DNA from: Candidatus Altiarchaeota archaeon
GTDB taxonomy: Archaea > Altiarchaeota > Altiarchaeia > IMC4 > SCGC-AAA252-I15
DNA length: 28,655 nt
Assembly: GCA_043804895.1 (NCBI GenBank)
Contig: JAZDIN010000006.1
Coordinates: forward strand, 1-28,655
Reading direction: 5' to 3'
Below are positions 7,869 through 16,480 of this stretch, in pieces. The position numbers were made by a program, and so were the translations under genes. Each line of letters opens with the position of its first letter. The stretch's first letter is position 1. The notes under the pieces are model-generated. The model was not told where the DNA came from, did not search any database, and worked only from the letters and a program-made list of their open reading frames with translations.

Positions 7869-8390
7869 CTATTTTAAAGAGCGCACCGCAGCCAAGGCTA
7901 GTTTGGTCATCTCCTTCACGTTGAACCTTCCAGTGTTTATCACAAGGTCGTATGCGCTCAGGTCAGCCAGGTCTATCTTGTAGTATTTCATATAGCGGCG
8001 GCGTTCACTTTCATCGCGGGTTAGGATGTCCTCCCTAGCCTCAGTCTCCGATGCGTACTTTTCCCCCCTCTTGAGGGTCCTCTCAGCCCGGATATCAGCC
8101 GGTGCGACAAGCCATATGCTGAGGTCGGGTTTCAGGAAATATCTTGAGAGTCTCCCGTCAACTATGCAATTTCCTTTTGCGAGTTTGCGCTGCCTGCCGT
8201 CAATCTGCCTGTCGACTTCGGGATGCCGTTCAGCGTACTTTGAGAAATCCACCAACGTCATACACTTCTCGGAAGCCATCTCCCGCATGACCTTGCCTGC
8301 TGATATGTGCTTATAGGACAGCCGTTGCGCTAAAGCCTTCGCGAGGGTCGACTTGCCGGATGCCGCCTGCCCTCCGACAGTGATTATCAT
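7869..8390 (-). CDS. cmk: Archaeal cytidylate kinase
   Basis: P-loop GQAASGKST, ISAGKVMREMA, DRQID, VDGRL, RDESERRRY..YY, YDLVINT. Conserved position after rpl34e. Confidence 0.9.
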   Translation of the reverse strand: MIITVGGQAASGKSTLAKALAQRLSYKHISAGKVMREMASEKCMTLVDFSKYAERHPEVDRQIDGRQRKLAKGNCIVDGRLSRYFLKPDLSIWLVAPADIRAERTLKRGEKYASETEAREDILTRDESERRRYMKYYKIDLADLSAYDLVINTGRFNVKEMTKLALAAVRSLK

Positions 8391-8395
8391 CTTCG

Positions 8396-8890
8396 TTAGG
8401 TTTTAGACTTGATCTTCGCTTTTCCTTGCTTTTTCTTGGCAGGCTTAGCATGAGCCTTCAGTTGCGCAGCCTTCTTGACCTTGGTCCTCGGCTTCTCCTT
8501 AGGAGTTTTTTTAGTTATATGCCCTGAGGATACCTTGCCCCACCAGTCCCTCGGAAGGAACTTCTCGATTGTGAAATCCCTCTCGATGTCGAGGCTGGCG
8601 TACTCCGGCCCAGAGTGCTTGGCTTCCATCCTAGTGACGTACCTGACTAGGTCGTCAAGGCAGTTCGGGCACAATACGCCGCCATAGGAGCGGTCCGGTA
8701 TCCTCTGGCTTTTCGAAATGCTTTTCATCCAGGTGGGTGAGCCTGAGGCGACTCCACCCAGTTGGCTCTTACACCGCCCGCAGGTTACGTGACCTGCTTT
8801 CTCCTGGCGGAAGTGCGTTACCGTCCTTGCCCCGGGCGTTCTGATTTTGACCTTCTTCCTAGACCTTGTCCTCATGCTTCTTTTGACCAT
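8396..8890 (-). CDS. rpl34e: 50S ribosomal protein L34e with C-terminal extension
   Basis: RTPG, CGRC...LGGV, KSQRIPDRSYGGVLCPNC zinc-ribbon signature. Located in the adk-DUF106-L34e-cmk context. Confidence 0.93.
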   Translation of the reverse strand: MVKRSMRTRSRKKVKIRTPGARTVTHFRQEKAGHVTCGRCKSQLGGVASGSPTWMKSISKSQRIPDRSYGGVLCPNCLDDLVRYVTRMEAKHSGPEYASLDIERDFTIEKFLPRDWWGKVSSGHITKKTPKEKPRTKVKKAAQLKAHAKPAKKKQGKAKIKSKT

Positions 8891-8902
8891 CTTAAATCCT
8901 CC

Positions 8903-9664
8903 TCATGTAGTGCCTAATATTTTGTTGAATATCATACCCGTTATGAAGCTGCATGCGAAGTACCACCAGAACCAACCGTGTTCCATGCCGAATATTGTTG
9001 CGACAGTGGTGGAGCCTACGCTACCGTATAGTATAGAATATCTTGCTTTATTACCGTTAACCTGGACCTGCGTCTTGCTCAGTTTCAGGACAGCGTCTTC
9101 AGAGGCTTCGGTGCGAACGAAACTGCCGTTGTGCAGGTAATACTCGAGAGCCAACGGCGTAGGTATGAATTCCGTCATCTGGCCTTCAGAAGTCAACGTG
9201 ACGTTCAACTCCCCTGAGACCCCAGGTTCGATGATGCTCCAATTCCAAACGAGGGTATCACCTATTTGGTTGCCGTTAGGGCTTAAGTCAATTGAGTTGA
9301 ATGTGACCCCCCCAGGAAGTTGGTCTGTGACTGTAACATTGTAAGCGTAACCTAACGTCCCATACGCGCCACTCATCCACTGGAACACTAGGATGAATGG
9401 GATGAGGGTGAACAGCATCGGCTTGAAACCCTGATGCATCTGCTCCATGCTCACGTTCAGCATCTCCTGCTGGTGCTTCTGCATCGCCTTCACATCCTTC
9501 CTCTTCTGCGCCTCCTTAATCTGCTCCCTATGGTGCTTGACCTTCTCCTTATGCCCCTTCAGCTTCTCCTTGTCCAACACCACATGGCGGACTAGTGAGC
9601 TGACAAGCGTCAAGCCTGCCGAAACCAAGGCTATCATGTAGCCAGCCGACGTCAGTTCAAGCAC
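8903..9664 (-). CDS. EMC3/TMCO1 (DUF106, Ylp1-like) Oxa1-superfamily membrane insertase with inserted Ig-like domain
   Basis: TM1, cytoplasmic coiled coil, FKPMLFTLIPFILVFQWM (TM2), GWFWWYFACS (TM3). Conserved position between adk and rpl34e. Confidence 0.9.
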   Translation of the reverse strand: MLELTSAGYMIALVSAGLTLVSSLVRHVVLDKEKLKGHKEKVKHHREQIKEAQKRKDVKAMQKHQQEMLNVSMEQMHQGFKPMLFTLIPFILVFQWMSGAYGTLGYAYNVTVTDQLPGGVTFNSIDLSPNGNQIGDTLVWNWSIIEPGVSGELNVTLTSEGQMTEFIPTPLALEYYLHNGSFVRTEASEDAVLKLSKTQVQVNGNKARYSILYGSVGSTTVATIFGMEHGWFWWYFACSFITGMIFNKILGTT

Positions 9665-10244
9665 TTAAGACCCCCAAAAGTTGCTCTGCAGCCTGAGGCA
9701 GCGTGCCCTCCGGCTTCCAGATTATCTTTATAGGCGTGCCAGTAAACACCGAATACGCCATCGCAATGCTCCTGTTAACGCTCTGATGCCTCTCGATACC
9801 CTCGAGGTTGTCAACCTCACGCCTTCGGAAATCCCCACCAAGGTCCTTCTTACGGAACTTGTTTATGTCCTCCGGCCTACTCTCCAAAACGACAATCACG
9901 TCAGGCTTGAGTATCCTCAGCACCCACTCAGGCATCCCTGGGATGAAGCCCTTAGGAGTTTCTATCGAAGCGTGCGTGTCAAGTATTATCCCCTTCCGGT
10001 CAGCCAGCTTCCTAATCTCAGTCGCGGCCTTCTTCTGGATGTCATGCTGCTTCTCTATTGGCAGCTTCCTCATCTCATCGCGGTGCTTCACAAGACCGGC
10101 TGATTCTGCCGATTTGAGCATCATGTCGCCGAAGTTCACCATCTCATAATCCACCTTCACTCCTTTCTCATGCGCCTGCTGGAAGGCAGTCTTGACGACA
10201 GTGGACTTGCCCACACCCGGAACGCCAGTCATAACAACCAACAT
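9657..10244 (-). CDS. adkA: Archaeal adenylate kinase
   Basis: GVPGVGKST, VNFGDMM, HRDEMRKL, ILDTHASIETPKGFIPGMPEWV. SD-like GAGGTG upstream. Confidence 0.95.
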   Translation of the reverse strand: MLVVMTGVPGVGKSTVVKTAFQQAHEKGVKVDYEMVNFGDMMLKSAESAGLVKHRDEMRKLPIEKQHDIQKKAATEIRKLADRKGIILDTHASIETPKGFIPGMPEWVLRILKPDVIVVLESRPEDINKFRKKDLGGDFRRREVDNLEGIERHQSVNRSIAMAYSVFTGTPIKIIWKPEGTLPQAAEQLLGVLSA

Positions 10245-10383
10245 AGTGAAACACCTCAGATAACGTCAAAGAGGACCAAGGTATATGGAATACGAAAATA
10301 AAAGCCAGAAATCCAATCAAGGTAGCTCGCTAAAACAGGAGAATAGAAGGGATTTAAACTCATAATGCGGGATTGGTAACACA

Positions 10384-11211
10384 ATGGAAGCCCAGAAGCC
10401 TGTGTTCACATTAAACGACGACCTGGTTTTGAGACTGAAGAGTATTCAGTACATGTTAATCGCAGGGGAGTTGGAGGCTGAAACTTCATCCATAATGCAC
10501 GACCTCTGGAGGAAAAACCGCAACTTTGAGCCCCGGTGGAAGGATTTGAAGGATGAAAAGTGGTATGGGAAAGCAGAGGCAGCGATAAGGGAGGGAAAAA
10601 GCAACTACAAACGAGTTGAGGGGAGGAAATCCCCGTACCAGATGGACATCGCAGGAACCGATTTCCGTGAACTGCCACCGCACCTGCAGGAGAAGAGCAT
10701 ATTAGCGGCTAGGAAGGCCCTGCCGTTAGTCCATTACGCCTACAACTGGTGCCTGGATAATGGCACGGCTCTGTCTAAGGAACAGGGGATACAGGACACG
10801 CTAGCATCCCACTTGCATAGGCTATGGATTAGAGCAAACAGAGAGAACGTGGTAAAATACCTGACAGGGGGAGACAATGAGAATAAACTCAGGGCAGTAA
10901 TTGAGGCCCTCCCGTATGAAACCTACAAGGCCGTACAGGATGCTAAGTCATTGGATGACGTGAGGAGCATATTGGAGGGCGTCGATGCAGCAGATGTTGC
11001 GGGACTATTAAAGCTCGATGTAGAAACAGTTAGAAAAACCGTCTTAGGAATCCCTGAGTTAATTGGGAAAGTGAAGTCAGACGAAAAACCAGTAAGTTAC
11101 TTAAAGCATGAAACAGGCTACAACATGAATGCTGACTTAGGTGTAGTGAGGGCAGCAGTACAAGCATACGACAAGTTCTATGGGGAGAACATGCTCATGA
11201 TACCAGAATAG
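10384..11211 (+). CDS. Hypothetical protein with two RyR-domain-like repeats
   Basis: SSIMHDLWR...FRELPPHLQEKS and LASHLHRLW...NADLGVVRAA resemble the RyR repeat pattern. TTTAAA at 10353-10358 upstream. Confidence 0.7.
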   Translation: MEAQKPVFTLNDDLVLRLKSIQYMLIAGELEAETSSIMHDLWRKNRNFEPRWKDLKDEKWYGKAEAAIREGKSNYKRVEGRKSPYQMDIAGTDFRELPPHLQEKSILAARKALPLVHYAYNWCLDNGTALSKEQGIQDTLASHLHRLWIRANRENVVKYLTGGDNENKLRAVIEALPYETYKAVQDAKSLDDVRSILEGVDAADVAGLLKLDVETVRKTVLGIPELIGKVKSDEKPVSYLKHETGYNMNADLGVVRAAVQAYDKFYGENMLMIPE

Positions 11212-11214
11212 CTG

Positions 11215-11220
11215 TTTTTT
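11215..11220 (+). terminator. Possible oligo-T archaeal terminator
   Basis: T6 tract starting 4 nt after the stop at 11211. Confidence 0.3.
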
Positions 11221-11254
11221 AAACCAGACACCCTTATATCTCTTGGTGTATTAA

Positions 11255-11422
11255 ATGCCACCATTGAAGAAAATAAAAAGCGAGGGACTGGCCGGCGGAG
11301 CAGGCCTCATAAGGTACTTTGACGTTGATGAAGGCGGGCCTAAAGTGGACCCTAAAATGCTCCTCGGGATTGTTGGAGCAGTCATAATATTGGAGCTGCT
11401 GTCGAAGGTAATATTATCCTAG
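11255..11422 (+). CDS. secG: Preprotein translocase subunit Sec61beta (not in ORF track)
   Basis: Read manually, 55 aa: MPPLKKIKSEGLAGGAGLIRYFDVDEGGPKVDPKMLLGIVGAVIILELLSKVILS. Has the AGLIRYFD...KVDP signature and one C-terminal TM. Alternative start TTG 11264. Confidence 0.92.
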   Translation: MPPLKKIKSEGLAGGAGLIRYFDVDEGGPKVDPKMLLGIVGAVIILELLSKVILS

Positions 11423-11432
11423 GTCAGATGTG

Positions 11433-11849
11433 ATGAAACAGAGAGAGTATATCACATGTCTGTGTCTCCTGTCCATTGCAGTATTATGCGGCTGCCTGGC
11501 AGAAGAGTCCAAAACCCAGGCTACGGCGACCACTATAGCAACGACGACTTCCACTAGTACGGTACCCACATCTTCAACAACTACATCAACCACGGCCACA
11601 TCAACGTCAACCAGCGCATCAACGACGCTTTTCAAGGTCGCATGCTCTGTTAACAAGGACTGCGGGGAGGCATTCGACGACCTCATCTGCGACCAAGGCA
11701 GCGTCTACGCCAACACCATAACCCCCATATGCCAGAGCCCGAACACCCCATACGCGAAATGCATCACCATAAATAGGATATCACGCTCCCCAGTACAGGT
11801 ATGCCCTGAAAGCAAATGCCAAAACGGAAAATGCGAACACGACGAATAG
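11433..11849 (+). CDS. Lipoprotein with Thr/Ser-rich stalk and 8-Cys C-terminal domain
   Basis: Lipobox LCGC, ~40-aa T/S tract, then a domain with 8 Cys (CSVNKDCG...CPESKCQNGKC). Confidence 0.82.
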   Translation: MKQREYITCLCLLSIAVLCGCLAEESKTQATATTIATTTSTSTVPTSSTTTSTTATSTSTSASTTLFKVACSVNKDCGEAFDDLICDQGSVYANTITPICQSPNTPYAKCITINRISRSPVQVCPESKCQNGKCEHDE

Positions 11850-11853
11850 AATC

Positions 11854-13191
11854 TTAATCCATGTACTCGTTCAGGAATTTCAGCCAGCCCGGGTCTTTGA
11901 GCCGGAATACTGCCTCGTCTTCGAGGACCTCTGCTTCGCCGAGTTCCCTCAGGTTTTTGCCGAATCCTTTCTTGTCTGAGATTATATCAGGCATGATGTC
12001 GGCAACTACACGGTACTTCCTCTTAGTATCCACCACCCACCTGCCGTCCTTCACGTAAGGCCTGTCGTCCTTGTATTTTTGGGTGAAACGCTCCTGGTTG
12101 ACAGCGTCCTGTGTGATTGGAGGGCCTTTGTGGTGGACTAGCTCTGGGAGGGACCACACCTGAAACTCGAAGAGTATGACGGAGGCGTCTTCTTCATTAG
12201 TCCAGAAGGAGCTTCTGAACACCTTGAATTCTAAGCCCTCAAGCTCTGATGACACGTGCTTTGCAGTCTTCCTAAGCTGGGAGTATAGTGTGTTGACGTT
12301 TATTTTCTTGTGCTTGAATAGGAACGCTATGAACTTGGACTTGCGCGACTTTAACGCATCCTTCAGCTGGCTTTCACCCCTCATCTTCTTCTCCTTCGGG
12401 AAGAAGTAGTCCTCGGAGGGGGTTCGGATGAACTCGTCTGATTTTACGATGAACTTGGACAGGCACTCAGGTGACACCGCAGCCGCTACGTTCCGGTTCC
12501 GGTCAACCGGGTCGACGACTATGAGGCACGTGTTCGTGAAGAACTTTGGGAGGGCGTCATGGTCATCCCAGAGGCTTTCCACGTCTATGACTTCCGGGAT
12601 TTTCCAGCTTCTTGCCGCCTCAAGGGATTTTATGAACGAACCGTATCTGATGACGATGAGTTCAACAAGGTATCCGGAAAACCCCTCCACCTTAGCCTCA
12701 GCACCGTATACGCCTATGCCACGCATGAACTGCTTCAGAAGCCTTATCTCGCTGTTTAGCCGGTTCCCATCTAGCTTAGATTTCACATAGGTTGTGTGGT
12801 GCGGCGTCCTATCGACTGAGGACATGACCTTCGCGTCCAAGTAGCATGGCACAATCTCGATTTCATGCTCGCCCAACATCCCCTTCACATACGGGTGCTC
12901 GGCATAGTCTATCTCGTATTCAACGCCAAGCTTTTGGAACACTTCCTTGCCTATGCGGAGACCCTCTTTTTCGAGGTTATCGCGGCTCACATCCTGGGGG
13001 AATTGCATGAAGACATCTATGTCCTTGTTGTTGGCCAGGTCCGTGTCTTTCGCAAGGGAACCGACGAGTATCGGCTTCACATGGTATTCTTCCAGCATAT
13101 TGAATATCCTTTCGACTATCCTCATCTCATCCTCGTGCTCCTTTGCCGTGGGGGTTATCCTTTTTGCAATCTCCTCCAGGTTCACTGCCAC
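11854..13191 (-). CDS. cca: Archaeal (class I) CCA tRNA nucleotidyltransferase
   Basis: GSLAKDTDL...DIDVF, YAEHPYV, EIVPCY, SSVDRTPHHT, GVYGAEAKVEGFSGYLVEL, VDPVDRNRNVAAA, HKGPP. Confidence 0.96.
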   Translation of the reverse strand: MAVNLEEIAKRITPTAKEHEDEMRIVERIFNMLEEYHVKPILVGSLAKDTDLANNKDIDVFMQFPQDVSRDNLEKEGLRIGKEVFQKLGVEYEIDYAEHPYVKGMLGEHEIEIVPCYLDAKVMSSVDRTPHHTTYVKSKLDGNRLNSEIRLLKQFMRGIGVYGAEAKVEGFSGYLVELIVIRYGSFIKSLEAARSWKIPEVIDVESLWDDHDALPKFFTNTCLIVVDPVDRNRNVAAAVSPECLSKFIVKSDEFIRTPSEDYFFPKEKKMRGESQLKDALKSRKSKFIAFLFKHKKINVNTLYSQLRKTAKHVSSELEGLEFKVFRSSFWTNEEDASVILFEFQVWSLPELVHHKGPPITQDAVNQERFTQKYKDDRPYVKDGRWVVDTKRKYRVVADIMPDIISDKKGFGKNLRELGEAEVLEDEAVFRLKDPGWLKFLNEYMD

Positions 13192-14192
13192 ACCCCCTCG
13201 ATTCTCGTCTTACATTTTGTGCATCCGCCATCCTTTACCTTGTTTGACGTTACCGAGAATCCATGGCGTTCGAGAAGCAGTTCACCACACTTAGGACAGT
13301 AGGTGTTCTCGTACCTGCCGTGGGGGACATTACCTGCGTACACGTACTTGAGGCCAGCATCCTTTCCGATTTTCACCGCGCCCTCTATTGCCTTCACGTC
13401 TGTCGCTGGTAGGTTGGTGAGCTCGAAGTCGGGGTGGAACCTTGACACATGCCATGGGACGAAATCACCGAGTTCGGTACTTATGAACTTGGCAATCTCT
13501 TTCAACTCGTCCTTCCCGTCGTTGAGTGAAGGTATTATGAGGGTCGTCACCTCCACCCACACTCCCTTTTTCACCAGCATCTTCAACGTCCTGAGCACAG
13601 GCTCAAGCATTGCTCCGCAGACTTCACGGTAGAACTTGTCTGAGAAGCTCTTCAAGTCCACGTTGTCTGCGTGCAGGTAGGGTGATATCAACTCAACTGC
13701 ATCCTCGGTCATGTAACCGTTGCTTACGAACACGTTCTTGAGGCCCTTGTCGACTGCAATCTTCGCAGTGTCGAGAGCATACTCCATGTAGACTGTCGGC
13801 TCCGTGTAAGTGTATGATACTGAGGAGCAACCTGACGCCAGCGCCCCTTCGACTATCGCCTCTGGTGAGACTTCCTCCCCGACTATCTTCCCGCCCTTCT
13901 TGCACATCTGGCTTATCTGCCAGTTCTGGCAATGCCGGCATTTGAGGTTACAGCCCACCGTAGCCACAGAGTATGACATCGACCCAGGCTGGAAGTGGTA
14001 GAGAGGCTTCTTCTCAATCGGGTCAACGTGGAGCGCGCAAGGTAGGCCGTATGTGAGGGCGTACAGTCTCCCCCCCTGGTTTTCCCTTATACCACAGATG
14101 CCGCGGCGGCCGTCTGCGATAGTACAGTGATGTGGACAAAGCCGGCACTTGACAGCTCCATCCACTTTATCATAAAGGAGGGCCTCGAACAT
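13182..14192 (-). CDS. amrS: AmmeMemoRadiSam system radical SAM enzyme (PflA-like)
   Basis: CRLCPHHC...GICGIREN, DPIEKKPLYHFQPG, GCNLKCRHCQNWQISQ, YTYTEP, DLKSF, YVYAGNV, TYCPKC. Confidence 0.93.
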   Translation of the reverse strand: MFEALLYDKVDGAVKCRLCPHHCTIADGRRGICGIRENQGGRLYALTYGLPCALHVDPIEKKPLYHFQPGSMSYSVATVGCNLKCRHCQNWQISQMCKKGGKIVGEEVSPEAIVEGALASGCSSVSYTYTEPTVYMEYALDTAKIAVDKGLKNVFVSNGYMTEDAVELISPYLHADNVDLKSFSDKFYREVCGAMLEPVLRTLKMLVKKGVWVEVTTLIIPSLNDGKDELKEIAKFISTELGDFVPWHVSRFHPDFELTNLPATDVKAIEGAVKIGKDAGLKYVYAGNVPHGRYENTYCPKCGELLLERHGFSVTSNKVKDGGCTKCKTRIEGVWQ

Positions 14193-14255
14193 CAGATAAG
14201 ATATGGTACCAGTATATTATATCGTATTTATTGGCGTATCTGTTGATATTTTCCG

Positions 14256-14756
14256 ATGCAGTATGTGAAGATTCCTGCGGAGCGTGTGAGCGTCCTCATA
14301 GGCAGCCAAGGGTCCACCAAAACACTGGTTGAGGGGAGGACGAAGTGCAGCATTAGCATAGCGGATGGTGAGGTGACGGTCGAAGGCGAGCCGCTTGAAG
14401 AATGGGTCGGGAAGGACGTAGTGCATGCGATAGGCCGCGGATTCAACCCTGAGAAGGCTTTGATGCTCTTGAAGGACGGTTTTGTTCTGGATTTCGTCGA
14501 GATAGGCGATTTCGCGGACACACCGAATTCGAGGGAGCGTCTGAAAGGCAGGATAATCGGGGAGAGCGGCAGGACGAGGAAGTTCATCGAAAGGACGACC
14601 GGAGCGATGGTGTGCGTGTACGGGAAGACCGTCGGATTCATCGGCAGCTTTGATTCTGTTGCGTTGGCTAAGGAGGCCACTGGCCGGCTGCTCACAGGCA
14701 GCAGACACGCCAGCGTGTACCGTTTCCTTGAGAAGGAGAAGGGCAGGAGATATTAG
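14256..14756 (+). CDS. KH-domain RNA-processing protein (archaeal Dim2/Pno1)
   Basis: IPAERVSVLIGSQG, AIGRGFNPEKA, RLKGRIIGESG, VYGKTV, G.RH..VY. Usual position before top6B. Confidence 0.92.
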   Translation: MQYVKIPAERVSVLIGSQGSTKTLVEGRTKCSISIADGEVTVEGEPLEEWVGKDVVHAIGRGFNPEKALMLLKDGFVLDFVEIGDFADTPNSRERLKGRIIGESGRTRKFIERTTGAMVCVYGKTVGFIGSFDSVALAKEATGRLLTGSRHASVYRFLEKEKGRRY

Positions 14757-14818
14757 TTTATAACGGCGGAAACTTAATAGATACAAACGATTTGTTTTTC
14801 CATTCATGGTTGATATTG

Positions 14819-16480
14819 ATGGCTGAGAAGGAAGATGACGATATAAAGGAGCGGTCTGCTGACGATCTGTTCAAGGACTTCAAGGAGGTTTCCATAACGG
14901 AGTTCTTCCGCAAGAACAAAGCCCACCTAGGCTATTCCGGGAAGGTGCGTTCGCTCACGACCATCGTCCACGAGCTCGTAACCAACGCCCTAGACGCCTG
15001 CGAGGAGGCTGGGATACTGCCTGACGTCGAGATCACGCTCAAACAGGTTGGGGAGGAGCACTACAGCTTCACATGCCGCGACAACGGCCCCGGAATCCCT
15101 GAAAAGCACATCTCAGGGGTCTTCGGCAAGATGCTCGCTGGGACGAAGTTCCACAGGAATGTGCAACTTAGAGGCCAACAGGGAATCGGCGTAGCTGGAG
15201 TCACGTTGTACAGTCAGATGACGACCGGCAAGCCGATGAGAATCGTGACCAGCACAGGGGATGGGAAGGTTAACGACATTAAGCTGATGGTCGACGTCAC
15301 CAAGAACGCGGCTGACATAATCGAGAGCAACGTGATAAGCCAGAAGTGGAGGGGTACTGAGATTCACGGCGAAGTCAAGGGTGTGCTGTTCAACTTGGGG
15401 GAGAGGAGCCCGTACGAGTACATCAGGAGGACTGCAATAGCGAACCCGCATGCGAAGGTAATATTCACAGACCCGGAGGGTAGGAAGAGCATTTTCGATA
15501 GGACGAGCAAACAGGTGCCTACGCCCCCGAAGGAGATGAAGCCGCACCCGAAGGGGATGGACACCGACGAGCTTCTGAACAGGGGGAAGCGTTCGGTCGC
15601 AAGGAGGGTGTCAAGCTTCCTTGAGACTGAATTCGCAAGGGTCAGCAACGCCAAGGTTGATGAGATACAAGGTAAGGTCAACTTCGACCTGAAGAAGAAC
15701 CCGCGCAAGCTCACATGGGCCGAGGCTGAGGAGATAACCAAGGCCTTTAACACCATAGATTTTATGGCGCCGCCGATTGAGGGTCTGAGGCCCATAGGGG
15801 AGAAACAGATAGAGAATGCCGTCTTGAAGATATTGAAGCCAGAGTTCTCCTCAGTTTTGACCAGGAGCCCAACAGTCTACGGCGGGGGTGTGCCATTCCA
15901 GGTGGAGGTTGCCATAGCGTTCGGAGGAAACTCTGGGAGGAACGCCACAGGAGAGGCAGGGGAGGAGAGCAAAGTCGAGGTCATGAGATTCGCTAACAGG
16001 ACTCCGCTCCTTTTTGACGCAGGCGCGTGTGCGATAAACCAGGCAGTGCAGAGCGTCGACTGGAAGCGCTATGACATTAAGGACTTCGAGAGCACCCCTG
16101 TCACAATTTTCGTCAACCTCGTTTCCATGTACGTTCCGTACACTTCGGCTGGCAAACAGAGCGTCAGCGCGGAGGAGGAGATCGTGAAGGAGATTAGAAT
16201 GGCGCTGATGGACGTTGGACGTAGATTCCAGCGCTACCACAGCAGGATGCGCAGGGACATTGAGAGGGAGGCGCGGATGAACGCGCTCATGAAATACAGC
16301 GCCGAACTCGCGGCTGCCGTCGCTAAGCTGACTGGGAAGGATGAGAAGAAGCTCGCAAGGGAGCTTCAGACGCTCATAACGAAGAAACTGAAGCTGGAAC
16401 TTAAGGCCGAGAAGGAGGAGGACGCAGGGGAGGAGGAACCTGAGCTGAAGATCAAAGGCTCTGAATCGGAGGAATCATGA
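14819..16480 (+). CDS. top6B: DNA topoisomerase VI subunit B
   Basis: EFFRKNKAHLGY, GHKL motifs ELVTNALDA, DNGPGI, RGQQGIG, RFANRTPLL, VPYTSAGKQ. ATG 14819 preferred over TTG 14792. Confidence 0.97.
   Translation: MAEKEDDDIKERSADDLFKDFKEVSITEFFRKNKAHLGYSGKVRSLTTIVHELVTNALDACEEAGILPDVEITLKQVGEEHYSFTCRDNGPGIPEKHISGVFGKMLAGTKFHRNVQLRGQQGIGVAGVTLYSQMTTGKPMRIVTSTGDGKVNDIKLMVDVTKNAADIIESNVISQKWRGTEIHGEVKGVLFNLGERSPYEYIRRTAIANPHAKVIFTDPEGRKSIFDRTSKQVPTPPKEMKPHPKGMDTDELLNRGKRSVARRVSSFLETEFARVSNAKVDEIQGKVNFDLKKNPRKLTWAEAEEITKAFNTIDFMAPPIEGLRPIGEKQIENAVLKILKPEFSSVLTRSPTVYGGGVPFQVEVAIAFGGNSGRNATGEAGEESKVEVMRFANRTPLLFDAGACAINQAVQSVDWKRYDIKDFESTPVTIFVNLVSMYVPYTSAGKQSVSAEEEIVKEIRMALMDVGRRFQRYHSRMRRDIEREARMNALMKYSAELAAAVAKLTGKDEKKLARELQTLITKKLKLELKAEKEEDAGEEEPELKIKGSESEES

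Noticed and set aside
11509-11628. ACN/TCN-rich low-complexity tract as a tandem repeat or CRISPR
   Set aside because: It encodes the Thr/Ser linker with varied codons and has no fixed repeat-spacer period.
14771-14801. Small inverted repeats (ACAAA-CGA-TTTGT; GGAAA...TTTCC) before top6B
   Set aside because: Stems of only 5 bp are expected by chance in AT-rich intergenic DNA.
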